From: a virus | Taxonomy: Duplodnaviria > Caudoviricetes | Length of the DNA stretch: 64,000 nt | Reading direction: 5' to 3' (one strand) | IMG/VR virus record: IMGVR_UViG_3300043120_000090 | Coordinates: 21,956-85,955 of that record | In this document: positions 20,276 to 28,994 of the stretch, piece by piece | Layout of the letters: each line of letters starts with the position of its first letter | Numbering within the stretch: the stretch's first letter is position 1 | Translations under genes and position numbers: made by a program | The notes under the pieces: generated by a model | What the model was told of the DNA's origin: nothing | Database searches by the model: none | What the model saw: only the letters and a program-made list of their open reading frames with translations

Positions 20276-20750
20276 TTGATAAACTGAGGCTCGGTATAAA
20301 CTCCTCTAATTGCTGGAATAGCCTTAGAGATAGTTAAACTACAACGTAAATAGAAATATTAAGCGTGAAAGTATAAAAATTAACTATATTGGCCAATCAG
20401 CAGCTAAGATCCTTCAAAATTATATTTGATAATCCTTGGATTTTAAATTATAATTTTATGGATAAAGTTCAGAGACTATCGAAACCACATATAATAATGG
20501 AAGGGAGTAGAGTAGAGCCAAGTGGTCTAGGTGTAGAGTAATAATCTAATAAATCCTAGTTAAATCGAAATGGGGAGCAATATTGTGAAAGAAATATCAA
20601 CGACTAAAGTAGCTTTAGATAGAGCTATAGCAATGAAAGTTACTATAGTAAAATCTATAAGATATAATAATTATAAATAATATTGAAGATATAGTCCAAT
20701 CTTTAGGGAAACTTAAAGAGAATGAGTAACGATCATTCGTAACACAAATG
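20276..20750 (+). mobile_element. Group I intron (IA2-like, ORF-less, 475 nt) in the D10 Walker A motif
   Basis: CCGGGT|TTTGGTAAAACA restores GKPGFGKT. P1 pairs ACCGGGU with GCUCGGU. P AATTGCTGGAA, Q AATCAGCAG, R GTTCAGAGACTA, S AAGATATAGTC; terminal G. Confidence 0.94.
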
Positions 20751-21740
20751 TTTGGTAAAACAATAGAAGCTTTAGCGATAGCTCATAAACTACAACAAAA
20801 AACATTAGTAATATGTACTAATGTTTTTCTGAGAGAGCAATGGGAAAAAGAAATTGAAAAACATTTTGGATTTACTCCTGGTATTATAGGTTCAGGGCAT
20901 TATAACACTAAACCTCCTATAGTAGTAAGTAATATTCAAACAGTTGCTAAGTATGGATTAGAACTAAATTCCACTTTTGGATTAGTTATAGTAGACGAAG
21001 CGCATCATTGTCCTGCTTCTACATTTTCGAAGATATTAGACGAGAGTAGGGCTAGATATAAAATAGGGTTAACAGGTACTCTAAAAAGAAAAGATGGATT
21101 ACATTGTACTTTTTCAGGTTACTTTTCAGATAAAGTATTCCAACCACCAGTAAATAATACTATTAATCCTGTAGTGCATAGTTATAGCACTGATATTCAA
21201 ATACCTGGTAATATAAGTGTTCCTTGGGCTTTAAGGATTAATGAATTATATGAAAACCCTGCATATAGGACTTTAATAGTTAACTTAATAAAAGTATATG
21301 AAAGTTTAGGGCATAAAATCCTAGTATTAGTAGATAGGGTAGAGTTTGCTAATTTTTTACATGAACAAATAACTAATAGTTATATAATATTAGGGGAAAC
21401 TTCAGGCATAGATAGAGAAAGAGTATTAAAAGCGGTTAGTGATAGCAAACAATCTACCATAATAGCTAGTGTATCTATATTTAAAGAAGGTATTTCTCAG
21501 AATGATTTATCATGCCTAATTAATGCTACATCTACTAATAATGAAGCTTTAGTAGAACAAACTGCTGGTAGGGTTATGCGAAAAGCTGATGGTAAATTAG
21601 ATCCTGTTATAGTTGATATAGGGTTAGACGGTATTACAGGTACTAGACATAGATCTGATAGATTTAATTTTTATTATAGTTTGGGCTGGGAAGTAAAGCC
21701 TATTAATATAAATAATATTTATGAAACATTAACTAATTAA
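20751..21740 (+). CDS. D10: D10-like SF2 helicase, exon 2 (spliced product 447 aa)
   Basis: FGKT, VDEAHH, GLTGTLKRKDG, EGIS, QTAGRVMR. Confidence 0.93.
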   Translation, partial: FGKTIEALAIAHKLQQKTLVICTNVFLREQWEKEIEKHFGFTPGIIGSGHYNTKPPIVVSNIQTVAKYGLELNSTFGLVIVDEAHHCPASTFSKILDESRARYKIGLTGTLKRKDGLHCTFSGYFSDKVFQPPVNNTINPVVHSYSTDIQIPGNISVPWALRINELYENPAYRTLIVNLIKVYESLGHKILVLVDRVEFANFLHEQITNSYIILGETSGIDRERVLKAVSDSKQSTIIASVSIFKEGISQNDLSCLINATSTNNEALVEQTAGRVMRKADGKLDPVIVDIGLDGITGTRHRSDRFNFYYSLGWEVKPININNIYETLTN

Positions 21741-21780
21741 TGAATTTACCGAAACATTTTTAAAAACTTTAAAAAATTTA

Positions 21781-21809
21781 TTTACTATATTATAAATTTT
21801 TTATATAAT
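21781..21809 (+). promoter_or_regulatory. Sigma70-type phage promoter
   Basis: TTTACT-N17-TATAAT. Confidence 0.8.
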
Positions 21810-21834
21810 ATTTATATTGAGTTAAGGGAAATAA

Positions 21835-22185
21835 ATGCTTTTCTTTAATTACACAAATATCTATCTACTAGCAAGGGGTGATAGCTATTTAATAGTACGT
21901 TATCTGCAAGAAATAAGTAAAGGACGATATAAAGACTTAATTGGGTATAATTTTATAGTTAACCCTAAAATACTATTTAATAGTAAATATAGTTATAGAG
22001 TTCTAGCAGAATATGTAGGCCTATGCAGTCTGAGAAATTATTCCGACTTTAAACTAACTAAACAAACAAATTTGCATATATCAAGATTACCAATATGGGT
22101 ACCAGATATAGCAGTCAAAGAAAATCCGTTAATAGAAATAAATAATTCATTTTTAGAATTTAAATCAGAAAAGGAAAATATATGA
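21835..22185 (+). CDS. Conserved T5-like hypothetical protein
   Basis: MLFFNY...LAEYVGLCSLRNY; synteny before D11. Confidence 0.75.
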   Translation: MLFFNYTNIYLLARGDSYLIVRYLQEISKGRYKDLIGYNFIVNPKILFNSKYSYRVLAEYVGLCSLRNYSDFKLTKQTNLHISRLPIWVPDIAVKENPLIEINNSFLEFKSEKENI

Positions 22186-22901
22186 CACAAAATACATCAC
22201 TAGGTTGGGATTCAGCTAAAGGCGAAGCAGAACGTAATGAAATTAAATGGATGAAAATGGCTGGGGGAGAAAACCAATTTCGTATCATAAGTGGGATTAT
22301 TCCACGTTATGTTTACTGGCTAAAAAATCTAGAAAATAAACCTCGTTCTTTTGAATGCTTACAATTTGATCGTACTCGTGAAAAGTTTGTAAACTCTCGT
22401 AAAGACCCTATCCGTGAGTTAGGATTTACTCAACTAGGTGCTCCAGGTACTAAAGATGAAGGTAAAGAAATACCTTTGAAAAGTAAAAGAGCTTATGTTT
22501 GCCAAGTAATTAATCGTGCTACAGGAGAAATTGAATACTTAGACCTTAAAAAATCCATCTTTGATGGTATTAAAAGTGTTAGTGCTCAATTAGGTAAATC
22601 TCCATATGATTTCGATATTTTTGTTAAGAAAACAGGTAGTACTTGGAATAATACTGAATATGCTGTAATGGAAATTAAGTGTATGAAAGATGCTGAAAGT
22701 CCAAATGCAGATAGAGATGCTAAGGATGAAGCACTTAAAGCGCAAGCCAAAGATATTAATGAAGTTTTCCCAGTACCTTCATATGAGGAATTACTAGAAG
22801 ATGTTCGTAATTGGGTATCTAGTTCTTCTAATAAGGATGAAGAAGAAAAAACAAATTCAACTGCTGCTAATGAAGCAATTGATGAACTAGAATTAGAATA
22901 A
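22182..22901 (+). CDS. D11: D11-like ssDNA-binding protein
   Basis: GENQFRIISGIIPRYVYW, LDLKKSIFD, acidic C-terminal tail. Confidence 0.88.
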   Translation: MTQNTSLGWDSAKGEAERNEIKWMKMAGGENQFRIISGIIPRYVYWLKNLENKPRSFECLQFDRTREKFVNSRKDPIRELGFTQLGAPGTKDEGKEIPLKSKRAYVCQVINRATGEIEYLDLKKSIFDGIKSVSAQLGKSPYDFDIFVKKTGSTWNNTEYAVMEIKCMKDAESPNADRDAKDEALKAQAKDINEVFPVPSYEELLEDVRNWVSSSSNKDEEEKTNSTAANEAIDELELE

Positions 22902-22918
22902 TAGTTATTAATTGATTT

Positions 22919-22942
22919 AAGGGAGCATTTAGCTCCCTTTTT
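22919..22942 (+). terminator. Intrinsic terminator
   Basis: AAGGGAGC-ATTTA-GCTCCCTTTTT. Confidence 0.85.
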
Positions 22943-22955
22943 ATTTGGGGGATTA

Positions 22956-23945
22956 ATGAAGATTTTATTTACAGCAGATTGGCATATAAAAATATCAAAG
23001 GATATTCCAGAATACTGGGAAAGGCAAAGACTTAGACTTTTAATACAAGAAATAAATAATATATATAGAGAACATTGTTGTAATTTAGTAGTAATAGGTG
23101 GAGATATCTTAGATATAGCTAAACCTAGTACAGAAGAACTGGATTTATATTTTGAAGCTATGGCTTCATTAAATGTTGATAAATGTATTATATATACGGG
23201 TAATCATGAAGTTATAAATTTTAAAAGCTGCCTTATAGGATTAAAAGAAGAAACAACTCGATGTAATCCTAAAGTAGAAATTATTACAGAACCTTATAGA
23301 AGTGAAGATTTTGATATTATTGATTTTGTTGAGCTTCATAAAAAAGAGTGGATTCCCTCTAAATCTAAAATATGTTTTACACATGTACGAGGAAGCATCC
23401 CACCACATGTTAAGCCAGAGATAGATTTAGAAAAATTTAATAAACATGGATATAGTTTAGTAATAGCAGGAGATTTACATTCAGTTACTAATTCTCAATT
23501 TGTCAATAAAACTCCTTTATTATATCCAGGCTCTCCATTTTCTACAACTTTTATTCGTACTAAACCCAATAATAATTATGGAGTGTATATAGTAGATACA
23601 GATACTTTATCTTATGATTGGATTTCTTTAGATCATTTACCGCAACTTATTTTACAATCTATTAGTTCAGAAGAAGAAATAAAAGAAGATTCATATAATA
23701 GAGTAATGTACGAGTTAGTAGGTAATGTAGTAGAATTAGGTAAAGTATCGAATAATTCTTTGATAAAGAAAAAAGTTAATACTGGTATTACTAAAAATCC
23801 TAAACTAGATCTTAGAAAAGCTAGTAAGTTAGAAGATGAATTTTTACTATATTGTAGGAATATATTAAAAATAAATGAAAAACAGATTGAAGACCTTCTT
23901 ACCGAGCTACATAATAGTGTAGATATAAGTAAATATAATGATTAA
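22956..23945 (+). CDS. D12: SbcD/Mre11-like nuclease (D12)
   Basis: FTADWH, GGDILD, GNHE, AGDLH, YPGSP. Confidence 0.93.
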   Translation: MKILFTADWHIKISKDIPEYWERQRLRLLIQEINNIYREHCCNLVVIGGDILDIAKPSTEELDLYFEAMASLNVDKCIIYTGNHEVINFKSCLIGLKEETTRCNPKVEIITEPYRSEDFDIIDFVELHKKEWIPSKSKICFTHVRGSIPPHVKPEIDLEKFNKHGYSLVIAGDLHSVTNSQFVNKTPLLYPGSPFSTTFIRTKPNNNYGVYIVDTDTLSYDWISLDHLPQLILQSISSEEEIKEDSYNRVMYELVGNVVELGKVSNNSLIKKKVNTGITKNPKLDLRKASKLEDEFLLYCRNILKINEKQIEDLLTELHNSVDISKYND

Positions 23946-26031
23946 ACTAAAAACTTTAATAATAAATAATTGTTTACCATTTGGTAAGGATGTAGAAATA
24001 TACTTAGATAGATCTACGGTTACTCAATTAGTAGGTAAAAATGGAACAGGTAAAAGTTCTATACCTATTTTATTAGAAGAAATTCTATATAATAAAAACT
24101 CTAAAGGTGTATTAAAAGGAGACCTATTAAATAGGTTTTCTGGTTCAGATACTTATTCCTTGACTTTACTATTTAATGTTGATAATGATAAGTATAAACT
24201 ACAGAAGACAGTAAAAAATACAGCTAAAGTTTATTTAGAGAAGAATGGTAAAGATATAAGTGCCCATACAGCTACACAAACTTATAAAATTATAGAAGAT
24301 ATACTAGGAATGGATATGACTGCCTTTTCTAAGTTAGTTTACCAATCTATTCTTTCATCTATGAACTTCCTGGTAGATACTGACTCAAATAAGAAAAAAT
24401 TTTTAGTTAATTTACTAAATCTTTCTAAATATTTAAATATAGAAGAAGAAATAAAAAAATCTAAAAAAGAATTAGAAACATCAATAAGTAGTCTAGAAGC
24501 TTCAATATCACAGTGTACTAAAAGTATTAGTAAAATACAAATACCTAGCATTCAGGCAAAGATAGAAGTTCCAGATAAATTAGACTTTTCTGAGGAGTTA
24601 TTAAACCTCTCTAAAGATAAAACTAATTTAACAGCTAAATTAAAGCTATTAGAAAACAATTTAATAAATTGGAAAGATAACTATAATAAATTGATTGCTG
24701 ACTATAATAATAATAAATTATTATACAATACCAAAGTTAATACTATTTCTAAATTCAAGGATAAATTTTTAAATAGTACAATATTGCTAGCTAACATAAA
24801 AAAATTAGAAGAGCAACTAAAGGAAACCCAGCGCCCAGACATCGAAAAGTTAAAAGTCTTAAAAGATTACATATCTACTAATAGCTTAGAACAAGTTAAA
24901 AAAGAGACTAGATTAGACTTATTAAGAAAAGCTTTTAAAGAACTAAAAGATGAAGTGAGTATAACTAATTGTCCTAGATGTGGGTCACCTATGGATGTGG
25001 CTGCTAAAGCTAAAGAGTTATATAGAATTAAGGATGAGTATGATTTATTACTAAATGAGTATAACAGTATTAAACAAAGTATAGAAGAAGTAACAAATAA
25101 TATTAGTATACTACAACAAGAGTTAAATGGGTATAATACTCTAGAAGCTAAATTAAAGAAAACTATATTAGAGCATGAGAAACTATCAGAGGAACTTTCG
25201 GTTCTAAAATTAGAAATGAATAATTTAGGAATACCAGAATTATATAGTGCAAATCCGACAGGTAATTTTAATATTGAAGAACCTAAGAAACCAGAAATAG
25301 AATCAGAAACAGACATTAAAGATTTAATAGATAATATTAAGCTAGATATTTCAATTATTAGTAATAAAGAATTAAAGATTAGAAAAGAAATACAAGATAG
25401 AGACTCTCTAATAGAATCCATAATTAAAGAGAATATATCTATTGAAGTAAATAATTCTTTAAGAGATTCTTTATTAAAACAAAAACAAGAATTAAATTCT
25501 GAGCTAGAAGATTACAAAAAGGATTTAGAGATTCTTAATAATAAATTAAATAATAAAAATATATTGTTAAAGATATTTAATAATAAAGGATTAATAGCTT
25601 ATAAATTAGAAAGTTCTGTTAAAATATTTGAAGATAAAGTAAATTATTATCTATCTGAATTATCAGAAGGAGTATTTGCATTAGGATTTGAGCTAGAAGA
25701 TAATAACCTTAAAGCAAATATATACTCTAGTGGTAAATCAGTAAATATAAAAACACTAAGTTCAGGAGAATTAGTAAAAGTAAATATATCTACGTTACTT
25801 GCAATTAGAGATTTAATATCAGTAGTTTCTAAAAGTAGTATAAATGTACTATTTTTAGATGAAATAATTTCCTTTGTAGATGTTGAAGGTATTGAAGATT
25901 TAATTAATACACTTCTGAAACTAAAAGAATTAAATATTTTTATGGTTAGTCATAATTATGTACATCCTTTAGTAGAAGTAGTAAAAGTAATAAAAGAAAA
26001 TAATATATCAAGGGTTGAATATAATGGTTGA
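23938..26031 (+). CDS. D13: SbcC/Rad50-like ATPase (D13)
   Basis: GKNGTGKSS, coiled coil with CPRC hook, LSSGE, LFLDE. Confidence 0.94.
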   Translation: MIKLKTLIINNCLPFGKDVEIYLDRSTVTQLVGKNGTGKSSIPILLEEILYNKNSKGVLKGDLLNRFSGSDTYSLTLLFNVDNDKYKLQKTVKNTAKVYLEKNGKDISAHTATQTYKIIEDILGMDMTAFSKLVYQSILSSMNFLVDTDSNKKKFLVNLLNLSKYLNIEEEIKKSKKELETSISSLEASISQCTKSISKIQIPSIQAKIEVPDKLDFSEELLNLSKDKTNLTAKLKLLENNLINWKDNYNKLIADYNNNKLLYNTKVNTISKFKDKFLNSTILLANIKKLEEQLKETQRPDIEKLKVLKDYISTNSLEQVKKETRLDLLRKAFKELKDEVSITNCPRCGSPMDVAAKAKELYRIKDEYDLLLNEYNSIKQSIEEVTNNISILQQELNGYNTLEAKLKKTILEHEKLSEELSVLKLEMNNLGIPELYSANPTGNFNIEEPKKPEIESETDIKDLIDNIKLDISIISNKELKIRKEIQDRDSLIESIIKENISIEVNNSLRDSLLKQKQELNSELEDYKKDLEILNNKLNNKNILLKIFNNKGLIAYKLESSVKIFEDKVNYYLSELSEGVFALGFELEDNNLKANIYSSGKSVNIKTLSSGELVKVNISTLLAIRDLISVVSKSSINVLFLDEIISFVDVEGIEDLINTLLKLKELNIFMVSHNYVHPLVEVVKVIKENNISRVEYNG

Positions 26032-26494
26032 TTCTAGGACTAAGGGACAGAGAGCTGAATATGCAGTTAGAGATTTATTAAGAGATAAGACTAAACTAGG
26101 TTGGGAGAGAGTTCCAGGTTCTGGGGGTTTTACAGTTAATCATGGATTAAAGGGAGATATTTATCTCCCACAAACTACTGGTAAAATATCAGCTTTCGCT
26201 ATTGAAGTAAAACATTATGCAGATGATGTTATAAATAGTAATCTATTTAATTCAACAGAATCACAGTTAGAAAAGTTTTGGAATCAAACGGTGCGTGAGG
26301 CTAAAGAGATAAGTGCAAAACCGATGCTAATTTTTAAGAAAGATAGAGGAAAATGGCTTTGTGCTTTAAGTGAAAATGAATTAGAAAATATAAGTGCAAA
26401 ACCGACCCTTATTTTTACTAAGGGTTCTTCTAGAATTATTATATATCTTTTTGAAGAAGTATTAGCACAAGGTACGGAGTATTTTATAAAATGA
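26015..26494 (+). CDS. D14: D14-like PD-(D/E)xK resolvase/nuclease
   Basis: SRTKGQRAEY, RVPGSG, GDIY, IEVKHY. Confidence 0.88.
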   Translation: MNIMVDSRTKGQRAEYAVRDLLRDKTKLGWERVPGSGGFTVNHGLKGDIYLPQTTGKISAFAIEVKHYADDVINSNLFNSTESQLEKFWNQTVREAKEISAKPMLIFKKDRGKWLCALSENELENISAKPTLIFTKGSSRIIIYLFEEVLAQGTEYFIK

Positions 26495-27363
26495 TAGGTT
26501 GGGACGAAGTAACAAATAGATATGGTGATGGTAATAATCTATTATTAGTAGATGGTATAAATTTTGCTATGAGATTTAGTACTAGGTCTACTATTATATA
26601 TGCACCAGAGTTTTTAGCAAATATTAGATCTATTGCTAAATCTTATGGGTGTAGAAAAATAATAATATTATCGGATAACAAAGGAAGCTCATATAGAAAA
26701 GATATTTACCCAGAGTATAAGGCTAATAGACAGGAAAGAAGGGATGAACAAACCCAGGAAGAAAGAGACGCATTTGAAATATTCTTCAAAGAATATTTAA
26801 GGTCTCTAGAATTAGCACAAGAATCTGGTATTACGGTAGTATCATTAAAAGGAGTAGAAGCTGATGATTTAGCAACATACTTCTGTAATAATACACAAGA
26901 TTTATTTACTAATATATGGTTATGTAGTACGGATGGTGACTGGGATCAATTATTACAGTCTAATATTAAGAGATTTTCTTATAAAACTAGAAAAGAATAT
27001 ACATTAGATAACTTTTATGATAATCATGGATGTGATACACCAGAACAATTTACTCATATAAAAGCTATACAAGGTGACATGGGGGATAATGTTAGAGGTG
27101 TTGATGGTATTGGCCCAAAACGTGCATATAATTTAATTAGAGAATATGGTTCAGTTCATGAAATTTATGCAGCTCTTCCTTTAGAAGGTAATCAGTTATT
27201 TATTAAAAATTTAAATAAATTTGGTGATAAATTACTATTAAATTTACAATTAGTAGACTTACCCTCTTACTATGGAACAGCTATAGATCATGCTGCTAAA
27301 TTATATAATGAAGATTATTTCGATTATTTAAATAAAGTAGTAGGAGAATTACATAATGCTTAA
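26491..27363 (+). CDS. D15: Flap endonuclease / 5'-3' exonuclease (D15)
   Basis: LVDGINFA, YRKDIYPEYKANR, GVEADD, STDGDWDQL, GDMGDNVRGVDGIGPK. Confidence 0.96.
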   Translation: MIGWDEVTNRYGDGNNLLLVDGINFAMRFSTRSTIIYAPEFLANIRSIAKSYGCRKIIILSDNKGSSYRKDIYPEYKANRQERRDEQTQEERDAFEIFFKEYLRSLELAQESGITVVSLKGVEADDLATYFCNNTQDLFTNIWLCSTDGDWDQLLQSNIKRFSYKTRKEYTLDNFYDNHGCDTPEQFTHIKAIQGDMGDNVRGVDGIGPKRAYNLIREYGSVHEIYAALPLEGNQLFIKNLNKFGDKLLLNLQLVDLPSYYGTAIDHAAKLYNEDYFDYLNKVVGELHNA

Positions 27364-27823
27364 TAAAGTAAAAATTTACTGTAGAGATAGTGAGTGTTTA
27401 CCTTATATAGGTAGTGATAGTGCAGCAGGTATGGATTTAAAATCTATGAAAGATTTTTCATTAGCACCAGAAGCAGAAATTACTATATATACGGGAGTAA
27501 CTGTGGAACTACCTCCATTTACTGTAGGACTAGTAGGCCCTAGGTCTAGTCTAGGTAGTATGGAAGGAGTATATGTAACTCTAAAAAATACTATAGGATT
27601 TATAGACTCAGACTACAGAGGGGAAATACAGGTAAAATTAATTAATAAAGGTAAGAAAACTATTACGGTATTTAAAGGGGATAGAATATGCCAATTAATA
27701 GTTGTGCCACATTTATCACCCAAATTTGACCTTGTAGACTCTTTGGAAGATTTATCCCCTACACGACGCGGTAGCGGCGGATGGGGGAGTAGTGGGAATG
27801 ATATTAAAATAGAAAAAAGCTAG
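27356..27823 (+). CDS. dut: dUTPase
   Basis: AGMDL, PRSSLG, GFIDSDYRGEI, RICQL, RGSGGWGSSG. Confidence 0.96.
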   Translation: MLNKVKIYCRDSECLPYIGSDSAAGMDLKSMKDFSLAPEAEITIYTGVTVELPPFTVGLVGPRSSLGSMEGVYVTLKNTIGFIDSDYRGEIQVKLINKGKKTITVFKGDRICQLIVVPHLSPKFDLVDSLEDLSPTRRGSGGWGSSGNDIKIEKS

Positions 27824-27847
27824 TAGATTTCTCTACTAGCTTTTTTT
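27813..27847. terminator. Bidirectional terminator between the replication and late operons
   Basis: AAAAAAGCTAGTAGA-TTTC-TCTACTAGCTTTTTTT. Confidence 0.9.
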
Positions 27848-27952
27848 ATTATTTATATAATATTTTAAGTGTTACTATATCTAAATCTATAAACAATTTA
27901 GCAATAGGTGATTTACCATTACTACCAATACTTTTAGACTTATCTAACTTCA

Positions 27953-28297
27953 TTATTCCAACCTATTATCAATATTGAGACTATTTAAAAATTTATCAAT
28001 ATCGCCATTTGAGTTTGCTCTCGCCTCCACTTCAAAAGCATTATTATGGTATCCATTCTTAAAGAACTCCATAACATACTTAATCATGAACATGAACTTA
28101 CCTAGTTTCTGCATTTGCATAATGTGTGTGCATTCATGCGCAAGTAGTTTCTTGTCATCGTAGTAGCCGGGCCTAATATATACAGTGTCCCATAAAGAGG
28201 TCCACCCAATTACTGTGTTTGTTCGTTGAATCCAACCAAGAAAATTTACCATCTTCTCTACAAATCCAACCATCGGTTTAACAATAATTTTACTCAT
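27953..28297 (-). CDS. Small HExxH zincin-like protein (DUF4157-like pattern)
   Basis: LLAHECTHIMQ...NNAFEVEARA. Confidence 0.7.
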   Translation of the reverse strand: MSKIIVKPMVGFVEKMVNFLGWIQRTNTVIGWTSLWDTVYIRPGYYDDKKLLAHECTHIMQMQKLGKFMFMIKYVMEFFKNGYHNNAFEVEARANSNGDIDKFLNSLNIDNRLE

Positions 28298-28433
28298 TAC
28301 ACGTACCTATATTTCTTAATAAGAATCCAACTATTAATATTTGGAGAAAGTGCTGTAATTAATTCTTGTAAACGTTTTGTCATTTAAATCTCCTAAAAGA
28401 AATAACATCCCTGTTAGTTAATCTCCTAAAGTA

Positions 28434-28976
28434 TTAGAAGAAAAATTCTTCATTATACATGTAAGCTGTTACGTAAGTAGTTCCACCATCATTTGAAAAA
28501 TCAACTGCAATTTTATCAGAACCAGTAACTGTTTCCCCTGAACTATAAGTAAATTGTATTGTAAAAGCTTTTGTTGCATCTTGCCCACAAGTAACAGTAG
28601 TCCATGAAGTAGCAGTAACGCCTGTTGATAAGACAACTTCTCTTGTTCCTGTACTATCAATTATGTTCCATTTGTTTATATAAGGTGAAGGTGTTGGATT
28701 TACGGCTCTAAAACGTATACTAAGTGTTTGACCGGAAGTAGTAGCATACGCCCATGTATAACTGTTTAAGCCTATTTGTAAACTTCCATTTAAATTAAAA
28801 ATATCTTCTACTTTTGGTGTTGGAGGGTAATTACCAGTGTTTCCAAGATTATCTGTACTAAAATTAAATAAAATACCTCTTACCCACACAGTTACACCAT
28901 TTAATTGAAGCTCTTGTACTTGTGCACCGTTCAACAGTACATTCGAAACATCTACTCCGTTTATTTGTAAACCCAT
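28434..28976 (-). CDS. Putative tail-fibre-associated / adhesin protein
   Basis: Directly follows the fibre gene; N-terminus INGVDVSNVLLNGAQVQELQLNGVTVW; beta-rich. Confidence 0.55.
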   Translation of the reverse strand: MGLQINGVDVSNVLLNGAQVQELQLNGVTVWVRGILFNFSTDNLGNTGNYPPTPKVEDIFNLNGSLQIGLNSYTWAYATTSGQTLSIRFRAVNPTPSPYINKWNIIDSTGTREVVLSTGVTATSWTTVTCGQDATKAFTIQFTYSSGETVTGSDKIAVDFSNDGGTTYVTAYMYNEEFFF

Positions 28977-28994
28977 TGTATTAACTCCTCCGAA

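Noticed and set aside
17494-20750. Treating pol and D10 fragments as pseudogenes or separate genes (ORF-track starts 18750 and 20748)
   Set aside because: Exact group I splice junctions restore full-length frames.
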